Assembly: GCA_000004985.1 (NCBI GenBank)
Contig: GG738848.1
Source of the DNA: Naegleria gruberi
Lineage: Eukaryota
Reading direction: 5' to 3' (one strand)
Length of the DNA: 64,000 nt
Within the stretch, counting starts at the first letter, position 1; every line of letters begins with the position of its first letter. Shown here piece after piece: positions 23,884-35,345 of this stretch. The notes beneath the pieces are model-generated. The model made no database searches. It saw nothing but the letters and a program-made list of their open reading frames with translations, and was not told the DNA's origin. The position numbers were made by a program, and so were the translations under genes.

Positions 23884-25710
23884 ATGTTACGAAACACTAA
23901 CATTATATTGATGATGAGTTGTGTAATGATACTGATGATGATCATTCACTCAACTCTATCAACACTCACTCCAACAAGTAAATTCATGATATGGCCAGAT
24001 CCAATCACAACAGAATCAAAAGTATTATTATGGGAGAATGGAACTGTTGTAACTAGAACATTGTCTCTATATGATGTTGGTAAATCTGCATGGAATGATG
24101 TTAATGCTGTTACTTCAAGTATTAGAGATACTATTGCAAGTGGTCAAGTTGTATTTGTGTATGTAAATTCAGTTAGTTATATATTTATATAGTAAATATA
24201 TTTGAAATTAGAGATTCATATCATTTTGGTGATACAGGTTGGAGAAATTTATCAGAATGTCCAACAGTTATTGCCTTTGATCAACAAGTAGCTAAAGCTA
24301 TTGGATCTAATTTTGCCATAATTAATATTGAATCAGAGTGGGATGTTGGAGTTGTTTTATCACTCTTTCAAACCAATGAAGGAATTCAATGTTTTCAAAA
24401 TAGAATTCTACAATATAATACCTATGCACCAAATGCATTGATTACATCTGCACCTGGATTATGGAATTCCTATTCAACTTATAATTTCTTTCAACCTGTT
24501 GAAAAAATGTTAAATTTAAGATCACTTAATATTAATGCTGTAAATTCAGGTAATACTACATGTTCGAGAGTATATGATGGATCTTATTGGACAAGTGGTC
24601 AAATGAATTTAAATGAAGCTAAACAATATATTGATGATAAAATTGTTGGTGATTTAACTAAAATGAATAATGCATGGGGTCAAAGTCAAAATAATCAATT
24701 TTTAGCTTTTAGTGCTGTTACTTCATGTGGATGGGGTTTTGATGGTCAGGCTGAAATTTTATCAACTCTTATTAATGTATGTTTTTTTACTATATTTTGT
24801 TGTAATAATTATTGTAATGATTATTGTAATATAGAATTTAGATTGTTTATATGAAAATGGATTTCGTGGATTTAATTTAAGAAATTCAGGACCTGCAGCA
24901 GAATATTGTGCTACAGGTATTAATAATGAACAAATGTATACCTATTCAACATCAGTTAAAAGTGTAGCAGTGTTAAATGAAGGTTGGTTGAGAGTTAGAT
25001 CACTATTTTCTGGAAATGTTAAACCTAATTGTACACTTCCAACATTGGATAATGTTAATATTCAAATATTAAGTGGAAGTGATTCATGGTGGTTAAAATT
25101 ACAAGTTAATCCATCTATATATGTATATGGTAATGTTAATATTACATGTAATGGTGTTACAACAAGTCTTAGTCAAACAAGTTGGTCAACTATACAATAT
25201 ACAAATAGTTTAAATGCTAATTGTCCAAATAATTCAATTGCTATTGTTTCATTACAACCTGTTCCAAATATTGGTACTATTACTATTAAACAATTTACTA
25301 TTAATTATTTTGTTGGAAGTATTGGTGTTCCAATTATTACAATTATTAATAATACTAATACTAATAATTCAAATAATAGTTCAAATAATACTATTATATC
25401 AAATAATTCAACTATAACTAATGGAACTGTAATTAATAATTCAACTATAACAAATGGAACTGTAATTAATAATTCAACAATTATTACAAATGGTACTATT
25501 ATTAATAATAATAGTACTAATAATAGTAATAATACTAACAATGGTAACAATAATAATTCAAATAATAATAATAATAGTAGTAATACTACTAATGCAACAC
25601 CATCTACTATTAATCGTTTGAATAGTTACCATCTTTCAATGTCAAATCATTCTTTTACAATGAATATTATATTACTTATTAGTATTACTATGTTAATTTC
25701 CTTAATGTAG
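23884..25710 (+). CDS. Secreted, probably GPI-anchored, heavily N-glycosylated protein (571 aa). Exons 23884..24158, 24212..24776, 24835..25710.
   Basis: N-terminal signal peptide 'MLRNTNIILMMSCVMILMMIIHS', a C-terminal hydrophobic tail 'NIILLISITMLISLM' after a Ser/Asn-rich stalk, and many NxS/T sites. Introns are 53 and 58 nt (GTATGT..TTAG; GTATGT..ATAG), phase-consistent. The catalytic family is not recognised; it contains 'INIESEWD' and 'CGWGFDGQAE' blocks. Confidence 0.55.
25380..25500 (+). repeat. In-frame 33-nt tandem repeat (2.5 copies) inside the secreted-protein stalk, encoding 'NSTITNGTVIN'.
   Basis: 'aattcaactataactaatggaactgtaattaat' / 'aattcaactataacaaatggaactgtaattaat' / 'aattcaacaattattacaaatggtactattatt', seen directly in the sequence. 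Confidence 0.8.
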
Positions 25711-25900
25711 TAAATGAAAACAAAATAATCAAATTCAAATTAAATAAATTTTATTTTAACATGTTGATTATAATAAAATAATCATTTTCAATATTAACTA
25801 TATTGTGTTCTTCTTTTGTGTTTCACTTGTTCTGCTCTTCTTCTTATCAATAATACTATTAATAATAATACTATTAATAATATTATTATTGTAATGTCTA

Positions 25901-26143
25901 TTATGGAGTCATTACAAGTCTAAGATTTTGAAAATTATTTAATAATTCACTATCTAAAATGGTATCATCTGATAAAAAATTACATTTTGAAATAAATGTT
26001 AATTTTTCCTTTCTAATTCCTTCATTTTGTTGTTCAATTTCATTCTTTAATTCACCAATTGTTAATTGATTATTTTTATATTTTTCAGTATTGTAGTCAA
26101 CTGTAATAACTGGTCCAAGTGCTATTCTTAATAATAATTGCAT
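25901..26143 (-). CDS. Small ubiquitin-like-fold protein (~80 aa), hypothetical.
   Basis: First ATG in A-rich context (agaagaataATGCAA). 'LTIGELKNEIEQQNEGIRKEKLTFISKCNFLSDDTILDSELLNNFQNLRLV' resembles the ubiquitin-fold pattern '[49 protein letters not shown]'. There is no C-terminal GG. Confidence 0.35.
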   Translation of the reverse strand: MQLLLRIALGPVITVDYNTEKYKNNQLTIGELKNEIEQQNEGIRKEKLTFISKCNFLSDDTILDSELLNNFQNLRLVMTP

Positions 26144-26878
26144 TATTCTTCTAATATTATTATTATTTGTTACTAATATGAAGATGATGAGAGAAGAAGG
26201 CAATGAATTGCTGTTGAATTGTTTTTTTAATTTCTATTATTGAGTCAACTGTTGTTCAACAAGTTTAAATTGCATTCGGACAGTCGGTGATGGAATGGTT
26301 TTTAATTGATTTCCAACAAAAATCAATACAAGTGAGAACAAGAGAGTAGTACGTGCGTAGGTGAGTAAGGACAATGGAAAGCATCTCCACAAGAATGTGC
26401 GTAGTAGCAGCTATTGAGTGAAGAAGTAGAGTAATAAAAGGTCATAGCCTAGGTAAGGACAATAGGTGTTGATGTTGTTCTAATAAGAACTCAAAAATAT
26501 TTCTATTTATCGCTCTTTTACAATGAATTCTAAATCGTACTTGAACATATTCCTTATACTTTCAAATTAATTATCCTATTCATTGTTAGTGATGCCATAT
26601 ATGAAATTAGATAATACGTTTGAGATGAAATGTAAATATCTTGTCAGAAGATTATTATGGAGGATATTTGTCAAGCCTTTACAGTTTTTTAAAATTACAA
26701 AATTTTAATCATGATGTACTGTTAATTATTTTTCTTGTAGTTCTATTCCTCTCCTATTTAAAAAGTTAAAAGTAAATATTCATAATTAAATATTAATTTT
26801 CAATCATAAAAAATTGACAAGATTATCATAATCATTTTACATTTTTTTAAAATAATAAATCATCAACAATCTATCGGA

Positions 26879-27601
26879 ATGGATCAATCGTCATCATCTC
26901 ATAATACTAATAATAATATTAATAATTTAATATATAATTATACAATTAATAATAGTATAAATAATGACAATAATAATTTATCATATACATCATTAGAAAC
27001 ATTTAATAGAATGAAATGTTTAGATGATATATCTTCTCTAATAACAGAATATACACAATTAGAATTATTATTTAAAAATAATCAACAATCTAATACAAAT
27101 AATACTGATAATAATAATAATAATACAACAACAACATCTATAATATCATCACAATCATCATCATCATCTATTGATAAAGAAATAAATGAATTAAAAAAAT
27201 CATGTCTTGATAAATTAAATTTATATTCATATAATACAAGTATATTATTATCATCACTAAGTGAAGAATATGATGAACAATTAAATGAAATTGAAAATAG
27301 ATTAAATAATTTTAAAAATGAAATTAATCAATTTAAAAATATTAAAATACCAAATTTAAATAATCAATTACAAATTGAAAAGAAACAAAAACAATTTAAT
27401 GAAGAATATAATTTAATTTCTGAATTAATTTTAAAAAAACAATCTACTAATCAATTACAACATGAAAAGAATTTGCATCAATTGGAATTAAATAAAATTA
27501 AAGAAGAAACAAATCAAAAAAATCAAAAAATTAAATTTTATGAAAAACAATTACAATTATTATTTATTGCTGCAAATGATTTATTAAATAATTTTAAATA
27601 A
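26879..27601 (+). CDS. Asn-rich coiled-coil protein (240 aa), unknown function.
   Basis: Single ORF with an Asn/Ser low-complexity N-terminal half and heptad-like E/K/L/Q C-terminal half ('LNEIENRLNNFKNEINQFKN', 'LQHEKNLHQLELNKIKEETNQKNQKIKFYEKQLQLL'). Confidence 0.5.
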   Translation: MDQSSSSHNTNNNINNLIYNYTINNSINNDNNNLSYTSLETFNRMKCLDDISSLITEYTQLELLFKNNQQSNTNNTDNNNNNTTTTSIISSQSSSSSIDKEINELKKSCLDKLNLYSYNTSILLSSLSEEYDEQLNEIENRLNNFKNEINQFKNIKIPNLNNQLQIEKKQKQFNEEYNLISELILKKQSTNQLQHEKNLHQLELNKIKEETNQKNQKIKFYEKQLQLLFIAANDLLNNFK

Positions 27602-28289
27602 ATATTTTAAATACATTGTAAATTTTTAATTTAAATTGTTAAAATATATCTCCAATAATAACAACATAACCAGCAATAGAATTCATTCCTTTTTCACACA
27701 GTTTTGAAATTTCAAGAATCATGATTCTAAGAGTTTTGAATCGTCATTTTCATTCATCCACCCACTCTTCACGCGCTCAATAATTGATGCTGAAGCTTAA
27801 TCTTCAAAAACTTCTCAACAAATCATGAAAATCTAAAGTTTCTCTTCTCACTGAGCAGTGAACGTTTCACTAATTTTGAACCTTCGTTATTTTAACCAAA
27901 ACCGTAAACCCCGTTTTCTGTGCGCTGTTTTGATTGAAGAGTGTTATTGGTGTAAATAAAGCGAGTTTACCGTTTGTGTCTGAGTGAGGGAGAAGAACCT
28001 TCCTTCATCCTCATAAATGTTTTGATACTTCTTGGAACTTTCAACGTATTCTTGCCTCCAATTTTTCAACCCGAAGAAAAAAAAGTTTTTTCTCATCATA
28101 CTGGTGTAACAGAAAGCACATTTCACACACCTCATAAATTAATATTACTAAACTCTAGTTGTGTCTCTATATTACACATACAACAATACAACATTATCTT
28201 TTAACTTGGTATGTATTTTCGGGTGGTGTTATTTTAAAAAAGCCTTTGGCGCCAATTTTCTTTGGTTATTGATAACAAAAACAAATTTC

Positions 28290-28450
28290 TCTACACCAAC
28301 AATAATAACAATAACAACAACAATAACAAATAACAACAATTATCTACTCCTAATCATACAACAACAACAATATTCTACAATAACAACAATAACAACAATA
28401 ACAACAATAACAACAAATACAACAATAACAACAACAATAGAAAGAAAAAC
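28290..28450. repeat. (CAA/TAA)n-type degenerate microsatellite tract in the 5' region of acetyl-CoA synthetase.
   Basis: 'caacaataacaacaataacaacaataacaacaaatacaacaataacaacaacaat' and similar units read directly in the sequence. They lie immediately upstream of the ATG at 28459. Confidence 0.8.
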
Positions 28451-28458
28451 ACAAAAGA

Positions 28459-30810
28459 ATGGATAATCAAAGTTTTACACCACTTCCACATGTTCAACAA
28501 CGTGCTTGGATTCAATCCTATGAACAATATTTAGGAATGTATAGAGAAAGTGTTGAAAAGCCTTATGATTTTTGGTATAAGGTAGCCAATGAAAATTATC
28601 ATTGGAAGGAAAAGAATTTTAGTTTAGAAGAACCTAAAAGTATTCTAGATTATAATTTTGATTTGAGTAAAGGACCAATTCATATTGAATGGTTTAAGAA
28701 TAGTTTAACAAATATTTGTTATAATGCATTGGATAGACATGTAGAAAATGGAAATGGAGATCGTGTAGCCTTTTATTATGAAGGAAATGATATTAATGAT
28801 AATCATTCAACAATTACATATAAGGAATTATTGAAACAAGTTTGTAAATTTGGTAATGTATTAAGAAAATTAGGAGTTAAAAAAGGTGATCGTGTTGCAA
28901 TGTACATGCCAATGGTAATGGAATTAATTATAGCAGTATTAGCTTGTGCACGTATAGGTGCAATTCACTCTGTTGTATTTGGAGGATTTAGTGCTGAAGC
29001 CTTAGCAAGTCGTTTAATTGATTCACATTCTAAAATTATTGTTACATCTGATTATGGTATTCGTGGTGATAAATTAATTGCTTTAAAACAAGCAGTTGAT
29101 GAAGCAATTGATCATCATTGTCAAGATACTGGTTTTACTTGTGAAAAGGTAATTGTTGTTAATAGAATGAATTCAAAAATTGTATCAATGGATACAAAAC
29201 CAAGTCATTCAATTTCATCTCCACAAATTCATTGGTATGAAAAACGTGATGTTTTTTATAATGATTTAATGAATGATGAAACAATAAGTGAAGAATGTCA
29301 AGTTGAATGGGTTAAAGGTGAAGATGGTTTATTCATGTTATATACAAGTGGTAGTACAGGTAAACCAAAAGGTTTATTACATACTACTGCTGGTTATATG
29401 ATTTATACTTCAACTACATTTAAATATGTTTTTGATTATCATGAAAATGATGTTTATTGGTGTGGTGCTGATATTGGTTGGATTACTGGTCACTCTTATG
29501 TTATTTATGGTCCTTTAATTTGTGGTGCAACAAGTGTTATATTTGAAGGTATTCCAACTTATCCAACTCCATCTAGATATTGGCAAATTATTGACAAGTA
29601 TAAGGTTAATCAATTTTATACTGCTCCAACTTTAATTCGTACTTTGATGAAAATTGGTGATGAACATGTTAAAAATGGTTCAACACGTGATTCACTTCGT
29701 ATTTTGGGTTCAGTTGGTGAACCAATTAATCCAGAAGCATGGTTATGGTATCATAATGTTATTGGTAATGGTAAATGTGCTATAGTTGATACTTTTTGGC
29801 AAACTGAATCAGGTGGTCATTTAATTACTCCAATTCCAGGTTGTATTACAACTAAACCAGGTTCTGCTACTTTCCCATTCTTTGGTGTTCAACCTGCTGT
29901 TTTACCACCAACTATAGAACCTCAAACACCTGCTGTTATTAATTCCAATGTTACTTCTGTTTTTAATTCATCTGATGCTGCTGTTGTTGTTAACAATGGA
30001 ACTACTACTACTAGTAAGGCAAGTGAAGAATTGGAAGGTGATTGTGAAGGTTATTTGGCAATTAAATTCCCATGGCCTGGTATTGCTAGAACAATCTTTG
30101 GTGATCATGATCGTTATGAAAAGACATACTTTGGTATTGTTAATGGTTACTATATGACTGGTGATGGTTGTAGAAGAGATTCAGATGGTTATATTTGGTT
30201 GACTGGACGTGTTGATGATGTTTTGAATGTTAGTGGACATCGTTTAGGTACTGCTGAATTGGAATCTGCATTTGTTGCTCACTCTTCTGTTGCTGAAGCT
30301 GCTGTAGTTCCATGTCCTCATGATATTAAGGGTCACGGTATTTATTGTTATGTTGTTTTGAAGGATCATGTTGATATTTCTGAACAAAAGAAACGTGATG
30401 AATTATCTCATGCTTTGAAACAATGGATTAGACATGAAATTGGTCCAGTTGCTACTCCTGATTTTATTCATTTTGCTTTTAAGANNNNNNNNNNNNNNNN
30501 NNNNNNNNNNNNNNNNNNNNNNNNNNNNNNNNNNNNNNNNNNNNNNNNNNNNNNNNNNNNNNNNNNNNNNNNNNNNNNNNNNNNNNNNNNNNNNNNNNNN
30601 NNNNNNNNNNNNNNNNNNNNNNNNNNNNNNNNNNNNNNNNNNNNNNNNNNNNNNNNNNNNNNNNNNNNNNNNNNNNNNNNNNNNNNNNNNNNNNNNNNNN
30701 NNNNNTTTGAGAAAGATTGCTGAAGGTAGTGAATCATCTTTGGGTGATGTTCTACTTTGGCTGATCCATCTGTTGTTGACGATTTGATTGCTACTCGTGT
30801 TGTTAAATAA
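28459..30810 (+). CDS. acsA: Acetyl-CoA synthetase (AMP-forming). The CDS is interrupted by the assembly gap 30485..30705 and carries an apparent -1 frameshift near 30749-30752 before the true stop at 30808..30810.
   Basis: Colinear with ACS: 'YEQYLGMYRESVEKPYDFW', 'DRVAFYYEGND', 'VAMYMPMVMELIIAVLACARIGAIHSVVFGGFS', 'LYTSGSTGKPKG', 'WITGHSYVIYGPLICGATSVIFEGIPTYP', 'YYMTGDGCRRDSDGYIWLTGRVDDVLNVSGHRLGTAE'. After the gap, 'LRKIAEGSESSLGD' resumes the conserved C-terminus. The conserved ending '..STLADPSVVDDLIATRVVK*' is only read if one T is inserted into 'gatgttctactttgg'. Confidence 0.85.
30485..30705. other. Assembly/scaffold gap (221 N) inside the acetyl-CoA synthetase coding region.
   Basis: Run of n characters seen directly in the sequence. 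Confidence 1.
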
Positions 30811-30879
30811 ATTTTACAAGCACCAATCATTCTAATTGAAATGATGATTAAGCAAATTCAAAAGGAGTTAAATCTTTTA

Positions 30880-33853
30880 TTAACATTGTTCGAAACAGCT
30901 TTCATCCATAAGCAAGTCAGCATTAGAAGCAAAGATTGTATCAAGCTCTTCATTAGTTAAGAATGGATCCAACAGATCAGCAATAGTTTCATTATTTTCC
31001 AAGGTAAAAGTGAGATCTTGTTGATTTCCATCATCTTCAAAGAGTGAAGCTTCTTCTTGATCCTCTTCCAATAGTAAAGGTTCACCTCCTTCTACAATGA
31101 AGGATGGTGGAGATGTTACTGTCTTTATACTGGTAGGAAGTGTACTTTGATGTAGCAGTGTTGGTTGTTGAGTGGTAATTGAAGAAGTTTGAGGTATCAT
31201 TGAAGTAAATGATTGTTGTTGTATTGGAGGTGTAATAAATTGATTAGTATTACTGCTATTCATTTGATTATTCATCATTGAGGTAAGAGTTTGTTGAGGT
31301 TGTTGAACTCGATTAATAATATTATTATAAATAGATTGAATTGGTTCTTGTTGTGGTTGTGTTACACCAATATTATTAGGTTGACTATTCATTTGACTAT
31401 TCATTATTTGATTCATTAATTGTTGTTGTTGATATTGTTGATTATTTAATTGATTCATATTCATATTATTATTATTAATTAATTGATTATTTAAATAGCT
31501 AGTTGTAATATTATTATTGGATTGATTTGAAATATTAGAATTAGTAGTGAAAGAATTTTGAATTATTGGTTGTTGTTGTTGATTCATTAAAATACCATTA
31601 TTCAAATTATTCATATTATTATTATTCATATTCATGTTATTATTCATATTACTATTCATATTCATATTATTCATATTATTCATATTATTCATATTATTCA
31701 TATTATCAGAATGTTGTTGTAGTTGTTGTTGATGATCTGATTGATTTCCTCCTCTTAAAGTATTTTTAAACATCATTGATTGAGGTAATTTACTAATAAC
31801 TTCAATGTTATTTAATTTTCCTTCATAAATTTCACTTGCTGGAGCTTGATAAACATTTTTATCATCAAAAAATGTTATTGAAGTTTCATGAATTTTTAAA
31901 ATATTACTTGTTGAATGTTTTAAAGTATTAGAATTATTTAAAGTATTATTATATTGATTTAAATAAAGTAAATCTTCAATTTCCTTAATAAAATTACCAT
32001 AAATTAAAGTAACTCTTTTATAACGTGATTCTAATAATTTCAAAGCTCTTAAATCTCTTTTTAAAATATCAAAATAATCTATATTTGTATAATTACCATT
32101 TATATCCAATCCAATTTGATTATTTAAACGTTGTGAATTTAAAATTTGTTTTACAATTTGTAAATGAATTCTAGTAGCAACAATAATATAAGTTATCATA
32201 TTAGGTGGAAATAATGAAAATGCATCAACTTGTGTACAATATGTTATTTTTAATGCACTTTCTTCAATCATTTGTTTACCACAATTAACTTTAGATAATA
32301 TTCCAATTCTTAATCCATTTACAATTATTGTAAATGATGTATCACATAAATTATATCCACGTGTTTGAATAAATTCTTTAGGTACTGTTTCACGAAGTGA
32401 TTTATGAGCTGTACCTGAAATTGCTTCAGCTGCACGTAATTGTTTTGTAAAATTTTGACTTGTAATGTCTATTTTATATTAAATATTATTGTAATGTTAT
32501 AATAGTAGTATTGTAATGTTATAATAATAATAATATTAAATATATTAAATGTAAAAAATAAATAACAAACCTTCTCCAAATATTAAAAAATTCCATTCAT
32601 TTGGTAAAATTTTACCAGTTGCCATATAAAACATGTGTGGTAATTCCTTTAACATACTTGAAATATCAAAATCAGTTGAATGTTGTGCAGCATATTCATT
32701 ATTACATAAAAAACTGACAAAAATTCTAATTTTTGCCAAAGTAATTTCATCTTGATTTAAATTAGCATCACCTCCCTTTTCAGAAAAGTAAAAATTAGAA
32801 TTATGTAAATAATATCTTGCATTTCTATATCTTCCATTTGAAGATTCAAATAATGCTAAATAAACATATGTACATGCAACATAAAAATTTGTATGAAAAT
32901 CAAATATTTTTGATAATAAATTTCTTGATTTGTTTGCACTCTTTTCAGATAATTCTGTAAATCCACATCTTTGTTCACATAATGCTTGAATTGAATAAAA
33001 TAAACATGTAATTTCCTTTTCATTTTCTAAATTTCCATTAATAGAATTATTATTAGTAGTAGCATTTAAAATAACATCTTCTAATAATTGACGTTTAATA
33101 ATTGGATTTCCATAACAAATGACAAGAAAATATAAATCAATAACATTTCTTTTAGATAAATGATTATTATTAATTTGATTATTATTTAAACTATTTAAAA
33201 GTGGATTATTAAGTAAATTTGTATTAATATTTTGATTAATTAATTGAATATTATTTATATTACTAATATTATTATTTAATTCCATATTCTTTTTCTTATT
33301 AACTGGTTCTGAATATTTACATTCAATTCCTTTTAATTGACATTGTGAACATGATGGTAATTGTTTTGAACACTTTTATATTGTTATTGATATTAATATG
33401 TTGATGATAATATATTAATATGTTGGAATACAGATGATATACATTTTGATGTTGGACATGTTGATGATGATGAAAATATTTAAATGATGAATGTTCATTT
33501 ATGAAATGATGAGAGGAGTTAAAATGCATTAATTATTATTATTAAATACCAACCTTTTTATGAAGCCTTTTACAATTTAAACAACTAATTGGATGATATT
33601 GAATTGTTTCTTCTTCCTCTTCATTACTATGACTTATATTTCCATTACTACTACTATTATTACTACTACCACCACTTGATGATGATGAGGATGAAGGAGT
33701 TGATAATGGTCCACTATCTTGATGATGAATATTATTATTATTAAATAAATCATCTTCATTAGATGGTGATGGTGATGATGAATTAATGACTACTTGATCA
33801 TTTTGTTGTTGTTGTCTTTGCAGTGTTGATGTGTTGGTGGTAATTTTAGGCAT
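30880..33853 (-). CDS. Zn(II)2Cys6 (fungal-type binuclear cluster) transcription-factor-like protein, ~897 aa, Gln/Asn-rich. Exons 33554..33853, 32568..33372, 30880..32468.
   Basis: The Cys6 motif is split by intron 1: '..ISCLNCKRLHKK|CSKQLPSCSQCQLKGIECKY' = C-x2-C-x6-C-x6-C-x2-C-x6-C. Introns GTTGGT..AAAAG (181 nt) and GTTTGT..AATAG (99 nt); phase sums to 898 codons including the stop. The middle region resembles fungal TF 'middle homology' (long leucine/aromatic-rich stretch). The C-terminal third is poly-Q/N with MNN tandem repeats and an acidic tail. Confidence 0.7.
31560..31700 (-). repeat. (attcatatt)n / 'MNN' codon tandem repeat inside the Zn2Cys6 factor's Q/N-rich region.
   Basis: 'attcatattattcatattattcatattattcatattattcatattatc' on the plus strand, which translates on the minus strand to 'NMNNMNNMNNMNNMNMN'. 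Confidence 0.8.
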
Positions 33854-34489
33854 TTTTTAGTGTTGTTGTTTGTTTTTAAATTAGTGTTGGAGAGTTGATG
33901 GAAAGTTGTTGGTGTGGTGTTTGTTGATTGAGAGACTTGGATATTGTTGAAAATTGAAAGTTGTGACAAATAAGCAAAATTATTGTAGTTGAAGGCATTG
34001 TAAAGGGTTCAAATTTTAGTTAGTGCTTCCTCATTTCTTATCATCGCTGTCCATTTACAAAAATAATTCTGTCACAATATCCAATTAGTCAAGATTGAAC
34101 AGTTATTGTGTTGGCTAATGCAAATGATAAAGGTCTAGAAAGACAAACTGTTCGTTGGTCATGTTCAAATCAATTCAGTTAGACGGTTTTTTGATTTATC
34201 TCCCGCTCAAACTGAACGTTTTACAGTTATTTCAAAGTTGAAAAAAAATGTTTGGAATCACATCAATGGGAGCTCCCAATTACTTTCATCAATGTAAGGG
34301 AATTTACGATGAGTTGGAAGTGGATGAAAGCCTTCAAGAAGAAGAAGAAGAAGAAATTGTTGAATATGAAGTATTTAAATTAAGTAACCTCAATCAACAT
34401 TAAGTGCAGAATTACGTTCCATCAATCATAATAATACAACATCTTATAATAATAATAATAGTATCAATAATAATAATAATAATATTAAT

Positions 34490-34969
34490 ATGAATACAAC
34501 AACTAGTACGGGACATACAAGACAACCACAAAGTACAATCGCCAACAAGTACATTTCACCATTATATCTCTCAGCAATATCTAAAAAACCAAACAAGGCT
34601 CCACCTGTAAAGGAAATACCCAAACATAAAGTTGATTCATTCTTACAATCAACTATTGAAGTTAAATCAATAACACATTTAAAAGATCAACAATCTAAAC
34701 ATGTTCGATATAATTTAGATCCTAGAGAGAAGTATAAATATCCAGTTACAAGTAATCAAGAATTTGGTTGGCTCACTTCAACTCCATCAACTACATTAAA
34801 TAAGGAGAATGAAAAATTTGAACAAACTTTTAATAACATGTCGCATTCTACTAGAGAAGCAAAATATAATCAATCTAATGTGAGAGAAAATAGAAAGTTT
34901 AATTTTCCATGCAGTCATACTGATATTGTAAAATATAGAAATAACATGATTTTAAATAATCATTTTTAA
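34490..34969 (+). CDS. Hypothetical protein (159 aa), possibly with a short upstream exon near 34248..34303.
   Basis: ORF with neighbour-like codon usage and no recognised domain. A possible 5' exon 'ATGTTTGGAATCACATCAATGGGAGCTCCCAATTACTTTCATCAAT|GTAAGG' lies upstream, but I could not join it in frame. Confidence 0.3.
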   Translation: MNTTTSTGHTRQPQSTIANKYISPLYLSAISKKPNKAPPVKEIPKHKVDSFLQSTIEVKSITHLKDQQSKHVRYNLDPREKYKYPVTSNQEFGWLTSTPSTTLNKENEKFEQTFNNMSHSTREAKYNQSNVRENRKFNFPCSHTDIVKYRNNMILNNHF

Positions 34970-35345
34970 ATATAAGTTGAATTAGTAAAATGTAAATAAA
35001 TTGTTTTTAAACAAGTAAAAGAACATGATTCCAAACGTGAATATATAACAAATTAGTATTATAAATTAAGTAAAACATGGAAGAGAACTTTCAGGACCTG
35101 ATTTCACAATCCTTGGAATATGAAATTGTTGGAATTGATTAGTTCCATATCTAGCATTTATTATAGGAATAAGTTTATTTACTACGGCTGGTTGTATTTG
35201 ATTTGACATTGCCACAATCTCTTGACATTGCTCGTCGATTTTCAATCCAGATGGATTTGGTTTTGATCCTTACAGTTAATTTGTTTCTTGGGAGAGAATT
35301 CTAGAAAGAAACGAGAAAGTTTGTTTTGTTGCATTTCAAAAAAAA

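Noticed and set aside
25214-25550. ORFs 25214..25417 (+) and 25305..25550 (-), Leu/Ile-rich
   Set aside because: They overlap the Asn/Thr-repeat stalk of the secreted protein in other frames or on the other strand; artefacts of the tandem repeat.
30434-30830. ORFs 30434..30787 (+) and 30468..30830 (-) containing long runs of X
   Set aside because: They exist only because the N-gap is translated as X with no stop; not biological. The plus-strand one does carry the frameshifted acsA tail, which is discussed separately.
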